DNA from: a virus
Taxonomy: Duplodnaviria; Caudoviricetes
DNA length: 63,967 nucleotides
IMG/VR virus record: IMGVR_UViG_3300031718_000009
Coordinates: 1-63,967 of that record
Reading direction: 5' to 3' (one strand)
Shown in pieces: positions 1 to 8,657 of the stretch. The position numbers were made by a program, and so were the translations under genes. The notes under the pieces were generated by a model, which was not told the origin of the DNA, did no database searches, and worked only from the letters and a program-made list of their open reading frames with translations. The stretch's first letter is position 1, and every line of letters begins with the position of its first letter.

Positions 1-127
1 GCACTGCCACCATTTCATTTCCCGCCTCGCTCGCTTCTCAACCTTCATCATGCGTTCGCCGGAGCCCCACCGCCAAACAGTTGCGCGAGGAGGCCGCTCC
101 CTCCAGCATCAGCCGTTTTCCCAAGGT
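1..127. repeat. Terminal direct repeat, copy 1 (assembly overlap of a circular genome)
   Basis: Bases 1-127 are identical to 63841-63967. The ORFs 48..974 and 63688..63891 join across the seam through an ATGA overlap. Confidence 0.97.
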
Positions 128-974
128 ATGGCACCGAGCTCGCGTCAAACCCGGGTTTGTGCGGATCAGTTTGGCCAGGAATTACGCCAGGCGCCGGAGA
201 AGCTGCGGCCGCTGGCTGTTGGACAGGCGCGGCAGCGGCGGGCGCCTGCGCCATTTGTTGAGGCGCCTGAGGCATTCCACCGCCTGGCGTTTGCCCCCCA
301 TTCAGCGCGCTTCCTAGACCACCTAGCGCCGAACCGATGATCCCCTTTTGCTGGATTGGCTGCGGGAGCAAGCCCATGATGCCTTGGCGCCCAAACAGAA
401 GGTTGCCGAGGAGACCGCCACCGCCTTGCGCGAGCTGCGTTTGCCCGACAGGAGGCACGAGCGGCGGCAGCGTTTGAGGCGTTGGCGTGCTTCCGGGGCC
501 GGAATAGGGTGTCGTAGTCTCAGGACCGCCCGGCGCGTTGCCTGGCGTAGCGCCGCCGCCTGGCGCGAAGAAGACATGACCGCCGATCTCGGCTAGCGGC
601 GTGCCTTGCGCCCACTTCGGTGTCGATCGCCCTAGCTGCGCTTGTGCGGCCGGCGCATAAAAATGGGTTGCACCATTGGTTTGATCGGCAACCACGCCGG
701 TGAACACCCCTTGCGCGAGCGCTTGCGCCTGCTTGTACGAGGCGTCGCTTGGGCTCGCGGTCAGCGCCGGGCCGGTTCCTCCAGGCGGATGCCACGCCTC
801 GAACTGGTAGGGAGCGTGGACGATCTCCGATGGCGTTTTGCCGTAGCCGCCAGCTTGGAGGCGATTGCGGATGACGCTCGCGACTGCGGCCATCGAGGCA
901 TGTGTCGCGTTCGGCCCGGCTTCGCCGAGGATCGTGCGAGTTACCGCGTCGAGGTCCGCGCCGGACAGGTCCAT
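48..974 (-). CDS. SleB/Hydrolase_2-family cell wall hydrolase with a long Gly/Pro/Gln-rich C-terminal tail
   Basis: Motifs RTILGEA, AVASVIRNR, PYQFEAW, TNGATHFYAP and IGGHVF. The ATG at 974 overlaps the upstream TGA. Confidence 0.88.
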   Translation of the reverse strand: MDLSGADLDAVTRTILGEAGPNATHASMAAVASVIRNRLQAGGYGKTPSEIVHAPYQFEAWHPPGGTGPALTASPSDASYKQAQALAQGVFTGVVADQTNGATHFYAPAAQAQLGRSTPKWAQGTPLAEIGGHVFFAPGGGATPGNAPGGPETTTPYSGPGSTPTPQTLPPLVPPVGQTQLAQGGGGLLGNLLFGRQGIMGLLPQPIQQKGIIGSALGGLGSALNGGQTPGGGMPQAPQQMAQAPAAAAPVQQPAAAASPAPGVIPGQTDPHKPGFDASSVPYLGKTADAGGSGLLAQLFGGGAPANA

Positions 975-1111
975 CAATCACCCAAAAAGCAAAGCGCTAA
1001 TCCGACGACGCCGCCAACAAAAATACAAGCCTCCACGATCACGCATACGAGGATACAAACATCACCTACGACGAGCATTACGGCGTCGAGGTCAGTGCCC
1101 GGAAGGTCCAT
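974..1111 (-). CDS. 45-aa small membrane protein (MDLPGTDLDAVMLVVGDVCILVCVIVEACIFVGGVVGLALCFLGD)
   Basis: Translated by hand; below the ORF-track cutoff; TGATG coupling to the hydrolase gene. Confidence 0.6.
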   Translation of the reverse strand: MDLPGTDLDAVMLVVGDVCILVCVIVEACIFVGGVVGLALCFLGD

Positions 1112-1157
1112 TATACCCTCTGTAACAATTCGTGATCGCACCTTCTGGGTGCATTCA

Positions 1158-1185
1158 TTGACAATGCGCCGCTTAGGAGTATATT
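1158..1185 (+). promoter_or_regulatory. Sigma70-type promoter of a counter-oriented four-gene cassette
   Basis: TTGACA-N16-TATATT, followed by a GGAG RBS and the ATG at 1227. Confidence 0.65.
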
Positions 1186-1226
1186 CAGGTTATGCACTAA
1201 TCCAGTGCTTATATGGAGTACGGAAA

Positions 1227-1445
1227 ATGACCAAATTCCCCAAGCACATCTCTAACGGCATGAGCGCCAATGCCGGGGGCCCGGTACTGGCCCTCACTGC
1301 CAATAACCAAATCGTATCATACGGATACGATGACCCAATCAATCCTGATGCGGCGTTGAGGCGCGCCGCCAGAGACGGAATGACCGCGATTGCCACGTAT
1401 GCCAACACAGGCACGTTGCACCGCGTAGTGGAGATAAACCAATGA
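1227..1445 (+). CDS. Hypothetical protein, 72 aa
   Basis: RBS GGAG; ATGA-coupled to the next gene. Confidence 0.6.
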   Translation: MTKFPKHISNGMSANAGGPVLALTANNQIVSYGYDDPINPDAALRRAARDGMTAIATYANTGTLHRVVEINQ

Positions 1446-1765
1446 AAGCAATCATCAACGGACTACGCTACGACACCGAGAAGGCGGTCCTGATCGGCGA
1501 GGCGAGCACGCCGTTCACTCGCTTGAGTGGAGACTTTACCCATTGGGAAGCTGGCCTTTACCGCACGCCTCGATCCGGTCGCTATTTCCTGGCCGGTCGC
1601 GGAGGCCCAATGACGCGATTTGCCCATAGCGCAGGACAAAATGAAACGCGCGGCGGCTCTCGCATCTTTCCTATGGACGACGCCGAGGCGCTTGCATGGG
1701 CCGAGGAATATCTGACAACCGACGAAATTGAACGCGGCTTTGCCGCAAAACTAGAGGACGCATGA
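1442..1765 (+). CDS. Phage hypothetical protein (IINGLRYDTEKA...LYRTPRSGRYFL type)
   Basis: ORF track; ATGA coupling at both ends. Confidence 0.75.
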   Translation: MKAIINGLRYDTEKAVLIGEASTPFTRLSGDFTHWEAGLYRTPRSGRYFLAGRGGPMTRFAHSAGQNETRGGSRIFPMDDAEALAWAEEYLTTDEIERGFAAKLEDA

Positions 1766-2010
1766 AAATGCTCACACGCACACTTTTAATCGCGGCCGCG
1801 CTTGTAGCCTCGGCTACATTCGCCACGGCCCAAACCTACCAGAGCCTCGGCAACGGCGTGGTCATCGGCAGCGACGGATCGATGGCCCAGCCGCTCGGCA
1901 ACGGTGTAATCATCACGCAAACACCGCCGTTCCCGCAGTATGGTCAACCGCTACAGCCACAGCGCCAGGTCTACTGCCAGCCGCTGGGGTACACGGTCGT
2001 CTGCAACTGA
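1762..2010 (+). CDS. Small secreted protein with an internal Q-x-LGNG repeat
   Basis: Signal peptide MKMLTRTLLIAAALVASATFATA; C-terminal Cys pair. Confidence 0.7.
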   Translation: MKMLTRTLLIAAALVASATFATAQTYQSLGNGVVIGSDGSMAQPLGNGVIITQTPPFPQYGQPLQPQRQVYCQPLGYTVVCN

Positions 2011-2022
2011 AGGACGAATGAA

Positions 2023-2238
2023 ATGTTCACGCGTGAAATGACAACGTACCAAACTCGAATCCAAGAGATCGAACCTGCGGTTAACCCGCGCCACATCGAA
2101 GGATTGATGCGCGTCCATTACGGGACACTCGATCATCTTAACCACGATGATTTCAAACACGAGGTTCACGTTTGCGCGGTAATTGCGTTGCAAGACTATG
2201 ATACCGCAGAAGAAATAGCAACGAGCTATGGGCTCTGA
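2023..2238 (+). CDS. Hypothetical protein
   Basis: ORF track; RBS AAGGA; converges on terS. Confidence 0.65.
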   Translation: MFTREMTTYQTRIQEIEPAVNPRHIEGLMRVHYGTLDHLNHDDFKHEVHVCAVIALQDYDTAEEIATSYGL

Positions 2239-2240
2239 CC

Positions 2241-2588
2241 CTAATTGGGCGCGGACGGTTCACGCCGCTCGCGCTCAAATTCCCTCGAATATTCGATCTG
2301 CGGCGGACCCAGCCGCGATCTCAACAGCTCCAACGTCTCCGCAATCTTCGAGGCCGGCGATTGCAAACCTCCATCTTTTGCAGCTTGCAGTTGCAGCGGC
2401 AAAATGCGGGCGAGGAGAGCGCAGAACACTTGCGGATTTTGGCGCGCCACCTTCACGAGATAATCCTCGCCGCCAACCTTTTCGAAGGCGTTCATGATCG
2501 CCTCGCGCAGGCTCACGGTGATTTTATTTGGTTTCCCACTTGGGCGCCCCTTGGCCAGCTTATGACCAGGTTGGAACCTTCCCATCAT
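2241..2588 (-). CDS. terS: Terminase small subunit (putative)
   Basis: GRFQPG..KGRPSGKPNKIT.SLREAI..AF...GG..YL...NPQVF..LL..ILP pattern; first gene of the late operon. Confidence 0.7.
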   Translation of the reverse strand: MMGRFQPGHKLAKGRPSGKPNKITVSLREAIMNAFEKVGGEDYLVKVARQNPQVFCALLARILPLQLQAAKDGGLQSPASKIAETLELLRSRLGPPQIEYSREFERERREPSAPN

Positions 2589-2617
2589 ATCCCATTTATT
2601 TTATGTGAAATAACGTG

Positions 2618-2760
2618 TCCGCCTCGGCTCATGGCTCAGTTCGGGTACAACGGATGCGCATGATTGAGCCGGCTGGCGCGTATGAACCGAGGCGAAACTT
2701 GACGAGAGTGTGCCCTAGCGGGCGCGAGGATGCGGGGACCATTTTCCACCTCTTGTCAAG
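2618..2760 (-). promoter_or_regulatory. Late-operon leader/promoter region with nested inverted repeats
   Basis: Stems 2618-2632/2682-2696 and 2633-2640/2663-2670; inverted repeat 2698-2708/2750-2760 containing TTGAC in each arm. Confidence 0.5.
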
Positions 2761-2811
2761 CGGTTGGCACAACTATTTTGTGGGCAACTCAAAATAACCG
2801 CCATATTCGCG

Positions 2812-3327
2812 CTAATAGAGGCCGATCTGTGTGGCACGGAGGGGCTGTGGATGGCACACTTCCCAGACAAGAACCCCGCGCGCATTGAGGGACGCCGCCA
2901 CGATGCAGAGCGCCTTTTCGCGTTTGCGGAAAAACGTCCGCGGAGCCCAAAGCTTATCCGCACAAAGCCGCTTAATCGATCGACCTTGCGAGACACGTAG
3001 CGCCCAAAGACCTGTGACAAGCGCCATACCAGGGTCCTCTCGCCGAAGTTCGCTTAACCACTCGAACGCAGCTTCCATGTGCTTAATCTCCTCTCCGCTC
3101 GGCTGCGGCCGGCGCCCACGGTTTGCCGCCTCCTCGCGCATCTTGCGTTCGATCGGATCAATCCCAAGTTGATCACCCCACTCCGTCATCGTCGTTGGCC
3201 AATTTCCGCCAGGCGCGCGAGGACCGGCAGCCACAGGCATCATGGCCAGCGTGACGAACGCTTGAACGATTGCCTGCCCTACGCGCTCCGCATCCCACAT
3301 TTGCACAGCCTCAATGGTTGTCGCCAT
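2812..3327 (-). CDS. DUF6362-like putative late-gene regulator (Q-analogous position)
   Basis: W....V...AF.TL..MP, P..EI..ME....WL and a C-terminal HTH-like segment; directly upstream of the late leader. Confidence 0.6.
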   Translation of the reverse strand: MATTIEAVQMWDAERVGQAIVQAFVTLAMMPVAAGPRAPGGNWPTTMTEWGDQLGIDPIERKMREEAANRGRRPQPSGEEIKHMEAAFEWLSELRREDPGMALVTGLWALRVSQGRSIKRLCADKLWAPRTFFRKREKALCIVAASLNARGVLVWEVCHPQPLRATQIGLY

Positions 3328-3460
3328 CGTCCGATAAACCCAATTTTCTAAAAACCTCCCTAAGCGCATACCTCCATCCGCATTGAAGACCGGTCTCAAA
3401 CCCTGTCCAAAAACAAATGCAGCAAAAAATATACAGATCGATCCAGAACATCATCAGCAT
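3311..3460 (-). CDS. Small hydrophobic protein
   Basis: TGATG-coupled start; hydrophobic, Cys-rich N-terminus. Confidence 0.45.
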   Translation of the reverse strand: MLMMFWIDLYIFCCICFWTGFETGLQCGWRYALREVFRKLGLSDDGDNH

Positions 3461-3783
3461 CACCCATTGAGCCTGATGTCTCCAGGGTTTGCCACAAGCA
3501 GACCGGCCCGCTGTGCCTGGTACGCCGACTCTGCCTCTCGGCTCGGTGCGTTGGTCCATTGGATCAATCGCGTGTTGAGCATGATCGAGGTGCCGCTAAG
3601 GCACGGCGAGTCGCGCAAAAAGTTTCTAAACAGAATTGTTTTTGGCGGCGCGATTTGCAGAAAACACGGGTATTCGAATTTGATAAAAAACCCAAGTGGC
3701 GTGTCGGTGGTATCCCACGTCGTCTCGCCGATCAGGTCGATACCGCCAACCATCGTGAGGATGACCAGTTGTTTGGGTTTCAT
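3460..3783 (-). CDS. Hypothetical protein
   Basis: ORF track; coupled to both neighbours. Confidence 0.65.
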   Translation of the reverse strand: MKPKQLVILTMVGGIDLIGETTWDTTDTPLGFFIKFEYPCFLQIAPPKTILFRNFLRDSPCLSGTSIMLNTRLIQWTNAPSREAESAYQAQRAGLLVANPGDIRLNG

Positions 3784-4019
3784 TCCGCAATCTCCGGTAT
3801 GCCTGCACCGAGCTTCGCGCGCAGTTCTGGGGATAACGGCGGGAGGGGTTTGTCCCGGTACTTGGCGGCGAGAGCGGCTTCAATGTCGCGATCCGCTTCG
3901 GCATAAAGTTCGTCTCGATTTTTGTGCAACACCTTCTCGAAATCTCTACCGAGAGGTTGCATGCTGTTTGCCAATTCGCGGATTAGCGTGCTTACTGGTG
4001 CTCGATCGTTGGTTGTCAT
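3780..4019 (-). CDS. Hypothetical protein
   Basis: ORF track; ATGA-coupled. Confidence 0.65.
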   Translation of the reverse strand: MTTNDRAPVSTLIRELANSMQPLGRDFEKVLHKNRDELYAEADRDIEAALAAKYRDKPLPPLSPELRAKLGAGIPEIAE

Positions 4020-4594
4020 GTGCAGTCTTTCGCTTCAAGTTTTTTCCAGCAACTTGGCGGTTGCCCCTCGTATGCTGGCGCAAACTCGCCAGCCTTGAAC
4101 AACCGTCCTCCTATCCGCTTTGTCGGTACCCAACGGCTCTCTTGCCTTAATTCACCATTAAAAGACTCTTTTTTAATATTGTAATTGTAATTGTAGAGCA
4201 GAGGGTGTAGCACATCGGTAGCATTGCTATGTATCCTCCCCTTATTTTTCAATGCTTTAGCAGTCCCGCCAAGGTGCCCCGCGAGCTTCTTTTTTTGATG
4301 CCTCGCGAGCGCATTTAAAATCTCGTCGCGAAGCCTCTTTTGCGTTATCTCTTGGCCGTCCGATCCTTCGACTATCGTCATGAAATCCATGATCTTTTTC
4401 TCAATTTTCATCCATTGAGGCATAGGTGCGCCGGCTATCAATGCTAACTTTTTGCTATTTTTTGCTAGCTTTCCGCCATTTCGCCACATCGCCATCAAAA
4501 TGAGGAGGTATGCGCCATGCTCGAACGTCGTCAGGTGGCGTGTGTCGCCCAAATAATCGTCCGTCCAAAGGATCATTCCAGGGATGTCGGTCAT
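4016..4594 (-). CDS. DUF1376/YdaU-family replication initiator (lambda O analogue)
   Basis: N-terminal motif WTDDYLGDTRHLTTFEHGAYLLILMAMW and QKRL; internal AT-rich stretch at about 4165-4230. Confidence 0.82.
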   Translation of the reverse strand: MTDIPGMILWTDDYLGDTRHLTTFEHGAYLLILMAMWRNGGKLAKNSKKLALIAGAPMPQWMKIEKKIMDFMTIVEGSDGQEITQKRLRDEILNALARHQKKKLAGHLGGTAKALKNKGRIHSNATDVLHPLLYNYNYNIKKESFNGELRQESRWVPTKRIGGRLFKAGEFAPAYEGQPPSCWKKLEAKDCT

Positions 4595-4814
4595 TCAACT
4601 AGGCATCCTCCAGCACGCGCTTCCGCGCCGGGCGCCGCCAGAATTGCACCGCGACGTGCTTGATCTCTCTGGTGCCAAATTGGCCAAGCTGATCGGAAAC
4701 TGCCAACCACTCGTCGTCCCAAACAAACGCCGTAGATAGCCGTTGTTCCATGCACAGCCGATCAACCGTGAGGCTGGCCGTACATCAGCGTATCTGTGAT
4801 TTTTGGATCAGCGC

Positions 4815-5819
4815 TCATTCGGCAGCCTCGGCGACTTCGTTGCCCCACGCATCCCACCCCGGCCGCGGCGAACCACGACGGAAAAGCTCGATCTTTGGAA
4901 GCGTTGGAAAATACTCGTCGATCATGTCTAGGAAGCACTCAGGCTTCGCGGAGTGCTTACCAACCGGCGCTTCGATTAACGAAGGCCATTGCGTACCCAT
5001 CGCAGGCGCCGGAATATTTCCATGGACGCCAATTAGCAAAAGCTCATGCTTGTTGCGGTTCCAATATCCGGTCCCAATTTTGTCCTTTGCCCAGACAAAA
5101 TGAGAGCGGTAATCGAACCCCCAATCCGCCATTAATTGAAGCGCTTGAGGAAGCATCGGAACGGTTGACCAAAGGAACAAGACACAATCTTCCGCCGCGA
5201 TCGGAATAAGCCCACTATCAGGAAAAAGGAGCGCTGGAAGCGCGATCGTCGGATAGTGATTGTCAGCCGCGCGGTCCATACCTGTTTCGCGTGACCGTGG
5301 CTCAAAACGCCACGGTGGATCACCGTAAATCAAACCATATTTTTTATCAGGAAGAGCCGTTTGCTTGGCGCCTAGCTCGGCTTCTCGCGCAACCCTCGCG
5401 GCCTTCTTTTCCTCGGTGCGCTCGACAGCGGTTGCCTCCACAGATTTCACGGCATGATGCTTGGCGTGAGCGCACCGCGCCTCAAAACTAACATCGTCCA
5501 AGGCCGCCAATTTTTGCCATCGCGATGACTGCATAGCGGAAACGCCGAGGTCAGAAAGAGTAACCTTATGTGACCCTTTTTCTGGCCTGTTAATTGGGCG
5601 CTCGCCTTTCTCACGCATCTCGGTAAGAAGTTGCCCAGCCTTACGCTCGGCGCGTAAGCGTATTTCAGTCGCCCATTCGATGAGCTGGCCATCCTTGGCC
5701 TGCCGAGCATATTCCTGCATTGCCATGGCTTTGTCGCGGATCGATTTAACCTCATCGACGCGATTAGCTTCGGCCAAGGCATTGCGCGCAGCATCGTATC
5801 GAGTAAGTTGCATGCTCAT
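4815..5819 (-). CDS. MT-A70-family N6-adenine methyltransferase
   Basis: IYGDPPW, VLFLW, WGF.Y, VWAK, GTGYW.RNKHELLL, HSAKP and KIELF.R motifs. Confidence 0.92.
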   Translation of the reverse strand: MSMQLTRYDAARNALAEANRVDEVKSIRDKAMAMQEYARQAKDGQLIEWATEIRLRAERKAGQLLTEMREKGERPINRPEKGSHKVTLSDLGVSAMQSSRWQKLAALDDVSFEARCAHAKHHAVKSVEATAVERTEEKKAARVAREAELGAKQTALPDKKYGLIYGDPPWRFEPRSRETGMDRAADNHYPTIALPALLFPDSGLIPIAAEDCVLFLWSTVPMLPQALQLMADWGFDYRSHFVWAKDKIGTGYWNRNKHELLLIGVHGNIPAPAMGTQWPSLIEAPVGKHSAKPECFLDMIDEYFPTLPKIELFRRGSPRPGWDAWGNEVAEAAE

Positions 5820-6208
5820 CTCAAAATGTCCTTGAGCCTGATCAGCGCGACGGTGAACCTGCCGCCGTCGCCAGCCCTATCTCGCCATTGTCCGGCGCGG
5901 ATCGCTTCGCGCGTAAGTTCCTTTAATCGCCAGACAGGAAACATCAAATAGACGAGCGTGCTGTCATCGCGTCGCAGCTCGTGAACCCATACGTCCGCTT
6001 CAGTCGTTGCGATCCCGGACGGCTCGCCGTTCTGCCGGTATTCGATGCAAATATTACCCGTCTGTTCCCATTGCCATGTCTCGCTTTTGAGCTCGATGCG
6101 CCCATTGCAAAGGATGCCCGCAAGCTCATGTTCGCGCAAACGCGCTTGGCTCAATTGAAGATCAAACTTGTTGTCACGATTGAATTCGATTGGTCCGCAC
6201 CCGCTCAT
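5816..6208 (-). CDS. Phage protein, possible PD-(D/E)XK-type nuclease fold
   Basis: IELK...TGNICIEY...PSGI.TTEAD.W motif. Confidence 0.55.
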   Translation of the reverse strand: MSGCGPIEFNRDNKFDLQLSQARLREHELAGILCNGRIELKSETWQWEQTGNICIEYRQNGEPSGIATTEADVWVHELRRDDSTLVYLMFPVWRLKELTREAIRAGQWRDRAGDGGRFTVALIRLKDILR

Positions 6209-7422
6209 GACAAAAGCATCCTGCTTAAAACATCGATTTCCTCGGCAAGCGCCTTGTCCTCGGCGACAAGCTTTTCGATCTTTCGCACGCCATGCAATAC
6301 CGTTGTGTGATCTCTACCGGCGAACCGCCGCGCAATGTCCGGCAGTGATCTCAGCGTCAACTGCTTTGAGAGATACATAGCGATCTGGCGCGGGCGCACC
6401 ACGCACGCGGTTCGCCGCGCGGATAAGATGTCGTCGCGGGTTACGTTGAAATGGCTCGCGACCATTTTCTGTATGGCCTCGATCCTGACCTTTTTCCGCT
6501 CTGGCTCGCACACAAGATCACAAATGGCGGACTCGGCGAGCTCCATTGTCACATGGCCTGGAGATTGGTAGTGATGATGCTCAGAATTTTTCACCGACGA
6601 ACACGCTACTAGACGGTTTACCGCTCCCACGAGATCGCGCCCGTTTGTCTGAATAACGCTCGCGATGTAGGCGATAACCTCGGCTGGAACCTCAAAAGTT
6701 TGATGCACCAGTTTGACGGCGGCTATGCGCGCTTCGAGAATTTTGACCCGTAAATCCGCATCTAGCGGACCGATTTCGATGCAGAGGCCGCCGGCAAAGC
6801 GCGAGCGGGTTCTTTCTTCGAGACTTTCGAGATCGCGCGGCGGGCAATCGGCCGCGACTATGATCTGCTTTTGAATGTCGTCGAAAAAGGCATTAAGCGC
6901 ATAACAAAACTCCTGTTGAATCGACTTGCCCTGAAGAAATTGAATGTCGTCGATCACGAGGACATCAACAGCACGTAGTCTTTCCTTGAACGCGCATGCC
7001 GTCTGTGCCTTGAGGGCTGACACGAACCCGTACATGAACCGATCCGCGGTCAAATAGAGGACTTGCCGGTTTGCGGCTGCGGCCTGCGCTACAGCTTGGA
7101 GAAGATGCGTTTTCCCCAACCCAACCGAGGCATGTAGATACAACGGATTGTAAATAGGCTTGATCGCACACGCCGCTCTGTTCGCCTCGACGTATGCCAC
7201 GCGGTTCGAGTCGCCGACATGGAAGCTCGTAAACGTCATGCGGGGATCGAGCGAAGAGCCGGTAATAGGCTCGACTGTCTTCTGTGGCGGTTTGACTGTC
7301 TTCTGTGGCGGCTGGATGGATTTCTTGGGCGGCGGCGGAAACCATGCCTCATGAATGCGATCATGCTCCGCGGCGATATGATCGAGCAGCGATGAACCCG
7401 TGTTGTGGCGAAGATCGGTCAT
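6205..7422 (-). CDS. dnaA: DnaA homologue with AAA+ domain III and DNA-binding domain IV; domain I absent
   Basis: [26 protein letters not shown] (Walker A), VLVIDDIQF (Walker B), RSRF, NGRDL, RQIAMYL and RDHTTVLH. Confidence 0.95.
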   Translation of the reverse strand: MTDLRHNTGSSLLDHIAAEHDRIHEAWFPPPPKKSIQPPQKTVKPPQKTVEPITGSSLDPRMTFTSFHVGDSNRVAYVEANRAACAIKPIYNPLYLHASVGLGKTHLLQAVAQAAAANRQVLYLTADRFMYGFVSALKAQTACAFKERLRAVDVLVIDDIQFLQGKSIQQEFCYALNAFFDDIQKQIIVAADCPPRDLESLEERTRSRFAGGLCIEIGPLDADLRVKILEARIAAVKLVHQTFEVPAEVIAYIASVIQTNGRDLVGAVNRLVACSSVKNSEHHHYQSPGHVTMELAESAICDLVCEPERKKVRIEAIQKMVASHFNVTRDDILSARRTACVVRPRQIAMYLSKQLTLRSLPDIARRFAGRDHTTVLHGVRKIEKLVAEDKALAEEIDVLSRMLLS

Positions 7423-7751
7423 GCCCGCTCTCCACTATTCTGTCGTTGTTGATCACCGAGAGCGTCAAGATAAGTTCTAGGAGAGTAATATGGTTTTGGG
7501 TCGCGCCATTCTTTATCCTTCGCAGCGCGCTTCATATCGTCAGTAATATTTATGCACCTGTCGCCGCCTTCTTCGCGACACACAGACGAACAAAATTTTG
7601 GAATTGGAACCTCATCATCAAGCTCCCTGACGCTGCAAAATGTTGACCAATTGCGGCCCCAAACTTCAAGCTTCAGGCAAACGCAACAGCAATGGAGAAG
7701 CCTTCCTTCAATCGTTTTCCTTCTTTGCGGTCCAAGTTCTCGATCGGTCAT
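7419..7751 (-). CDS. Cys-rich hypothetical protein (possible Zn-binding)
   Basis: ATG at 7751 coupled to the ruvC-like stop; CCCVC and FCSSVC motifs; flanked by a 22-bp direct repeat. Confidence 0.65.
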   Translation of the reverse strand: MTDRELGPQRRKTIEGRLLHCCCVCLKLEVWGRNWSTFCSVRELDDEVPIPKFCSSVCREEGGDRCINITDDMKRAAKDKEWRDPKPYYSPRTYLDALGDQQRQNSGERA

Positions 7752-8347
7752 GCCGGCTCTCCATACATGGTCAATTCCGAAGGAATTGAGCGCGCGAATT
7801 TGGCGCAGCCGTAATCCCACAAAGCACAACTGTTAGCTTCATCCCATCCAGTAGAGCCTTCCGGCAGATAGCCGAGCAGGATGGCGCGGCGAAGAACCGC
7901 CTCGTTGATGAACTTGCGTGCCTCGATCGCTTCTTTCGAGGTCCGCTTGTGGCCACACACCGCAGGTGCGTGCGCCATGCCACAGAAATGCTTGCGAACC
8001 GCCATCACTGGCGCTAACGCGACGTCTACATCGAAGATCGCAGAAACGCCTTGCAAGGTGCCATGTAAATGAAGCTGGTAGATGGTCGCGTCGGCACTCT
8101 TAGACGCCGCCGGATTCATCGGCGCCTCGGTGATGATTAGCTGTTCGCTTGGCCCCTCGCTTTTCCAGTGACAGAGTTTTTCATGCAGCCACTCGCCGAG
8201 AAATCGCGCACGCTTTTCCGCGCTCGTTCCGCGCAAAGTCACGGCCTCGATGTGCGGGCATTCACCAAAGTGGCTCTTGCCAAACAGCGACGAATCGCCG
8301 TCCGCGACGCCCATACGTGTGCCGAGGTCGAGAGCGAGAATGCGCAT
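7748..8347 (-). CDS. RuvC-like Holliday junction resolvase
   Basis: MRILALDLGT..G.A, IITEAP, VRKHFCG and DEA..ALW motifs. Confidence 0.8.
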   Translation of the reverse strand: MRILALDLGTRMGVADGDSSLFGKSHFGECPHIEAVTLRGTSAEKRARFLGEWLHEKLCHWKSEGPSEQLIITEAPMNPAASKSADATIYQLHLHGTLQGVSAIFDVDVALAPVMAVRKHFCGMAHAPAVCGHKRTSKEAIEARKFINEAVLRRAILLGYLPEGSTGWDEANSCALWDYGCAKFARSIPSELTMYGEPA

Positions 8348-8354
8348 GGCTCAC

Positions 8355-8621
8355 TCACCGGAGCTTGTATTCGAATAGCCCTTTTTCAGGCGAAAGCCGG
8401 CTGCGCCGCTGAATGTCATGGCCGCCAAATCTCGCTTTTCTAAAATCTCTTAGCCGAGCGGAAATAGATTGCAGCGGATATCCAGTTTCATTCTGGATTT
8501 CTTGAAGCGTGAGCCATTCCTTGCGATGGAGATAAATGACCTTCCACACTCGATAGAGCTGTCGTTGCAACCGCTCACGGTCACGACCATCGTTATAAGT
8601 TTCACCATCAAACCATATCAT
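8355..8621 (-). CDS. Small winged-HTH protein
   Basis: WLTLQEI..ETG...SISARLRDFRK..FGG motif. Confidence 0.75.
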   Translation of the reverse strand: MIWFDGETYNDGRDRERLQRQLYRVWKVIYLHRKEWLTLQEIQNETGYPLQSISARLRDFRKARFGGHDIQRRSRLSPEKGLFEYKLR

Positions 8622-8657
8622 CGCCCGTATCCTAGCGAAGTCGTTCAGCGGTTATCA

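Noticed and set aside
1-127. 127-bp terminal repeat as a biological DTR
   Set aside because: The length matches a common assembler k-mer and the repeat falls within coupled genes, so it is best read as circular overlap. The true packaging ends are unknown.
2764-2781. Sigma54 promoter (TGGCAC)
   Set aside because: The -12 TTGC element is absent at the required spacing.
5813-6222. Degenerate junction repeat around ORF 5816..6208
   Set aside because: The similarity (AGGA..TTTTG..ATGAGC) is mostly SD and start signal, too weak to include.
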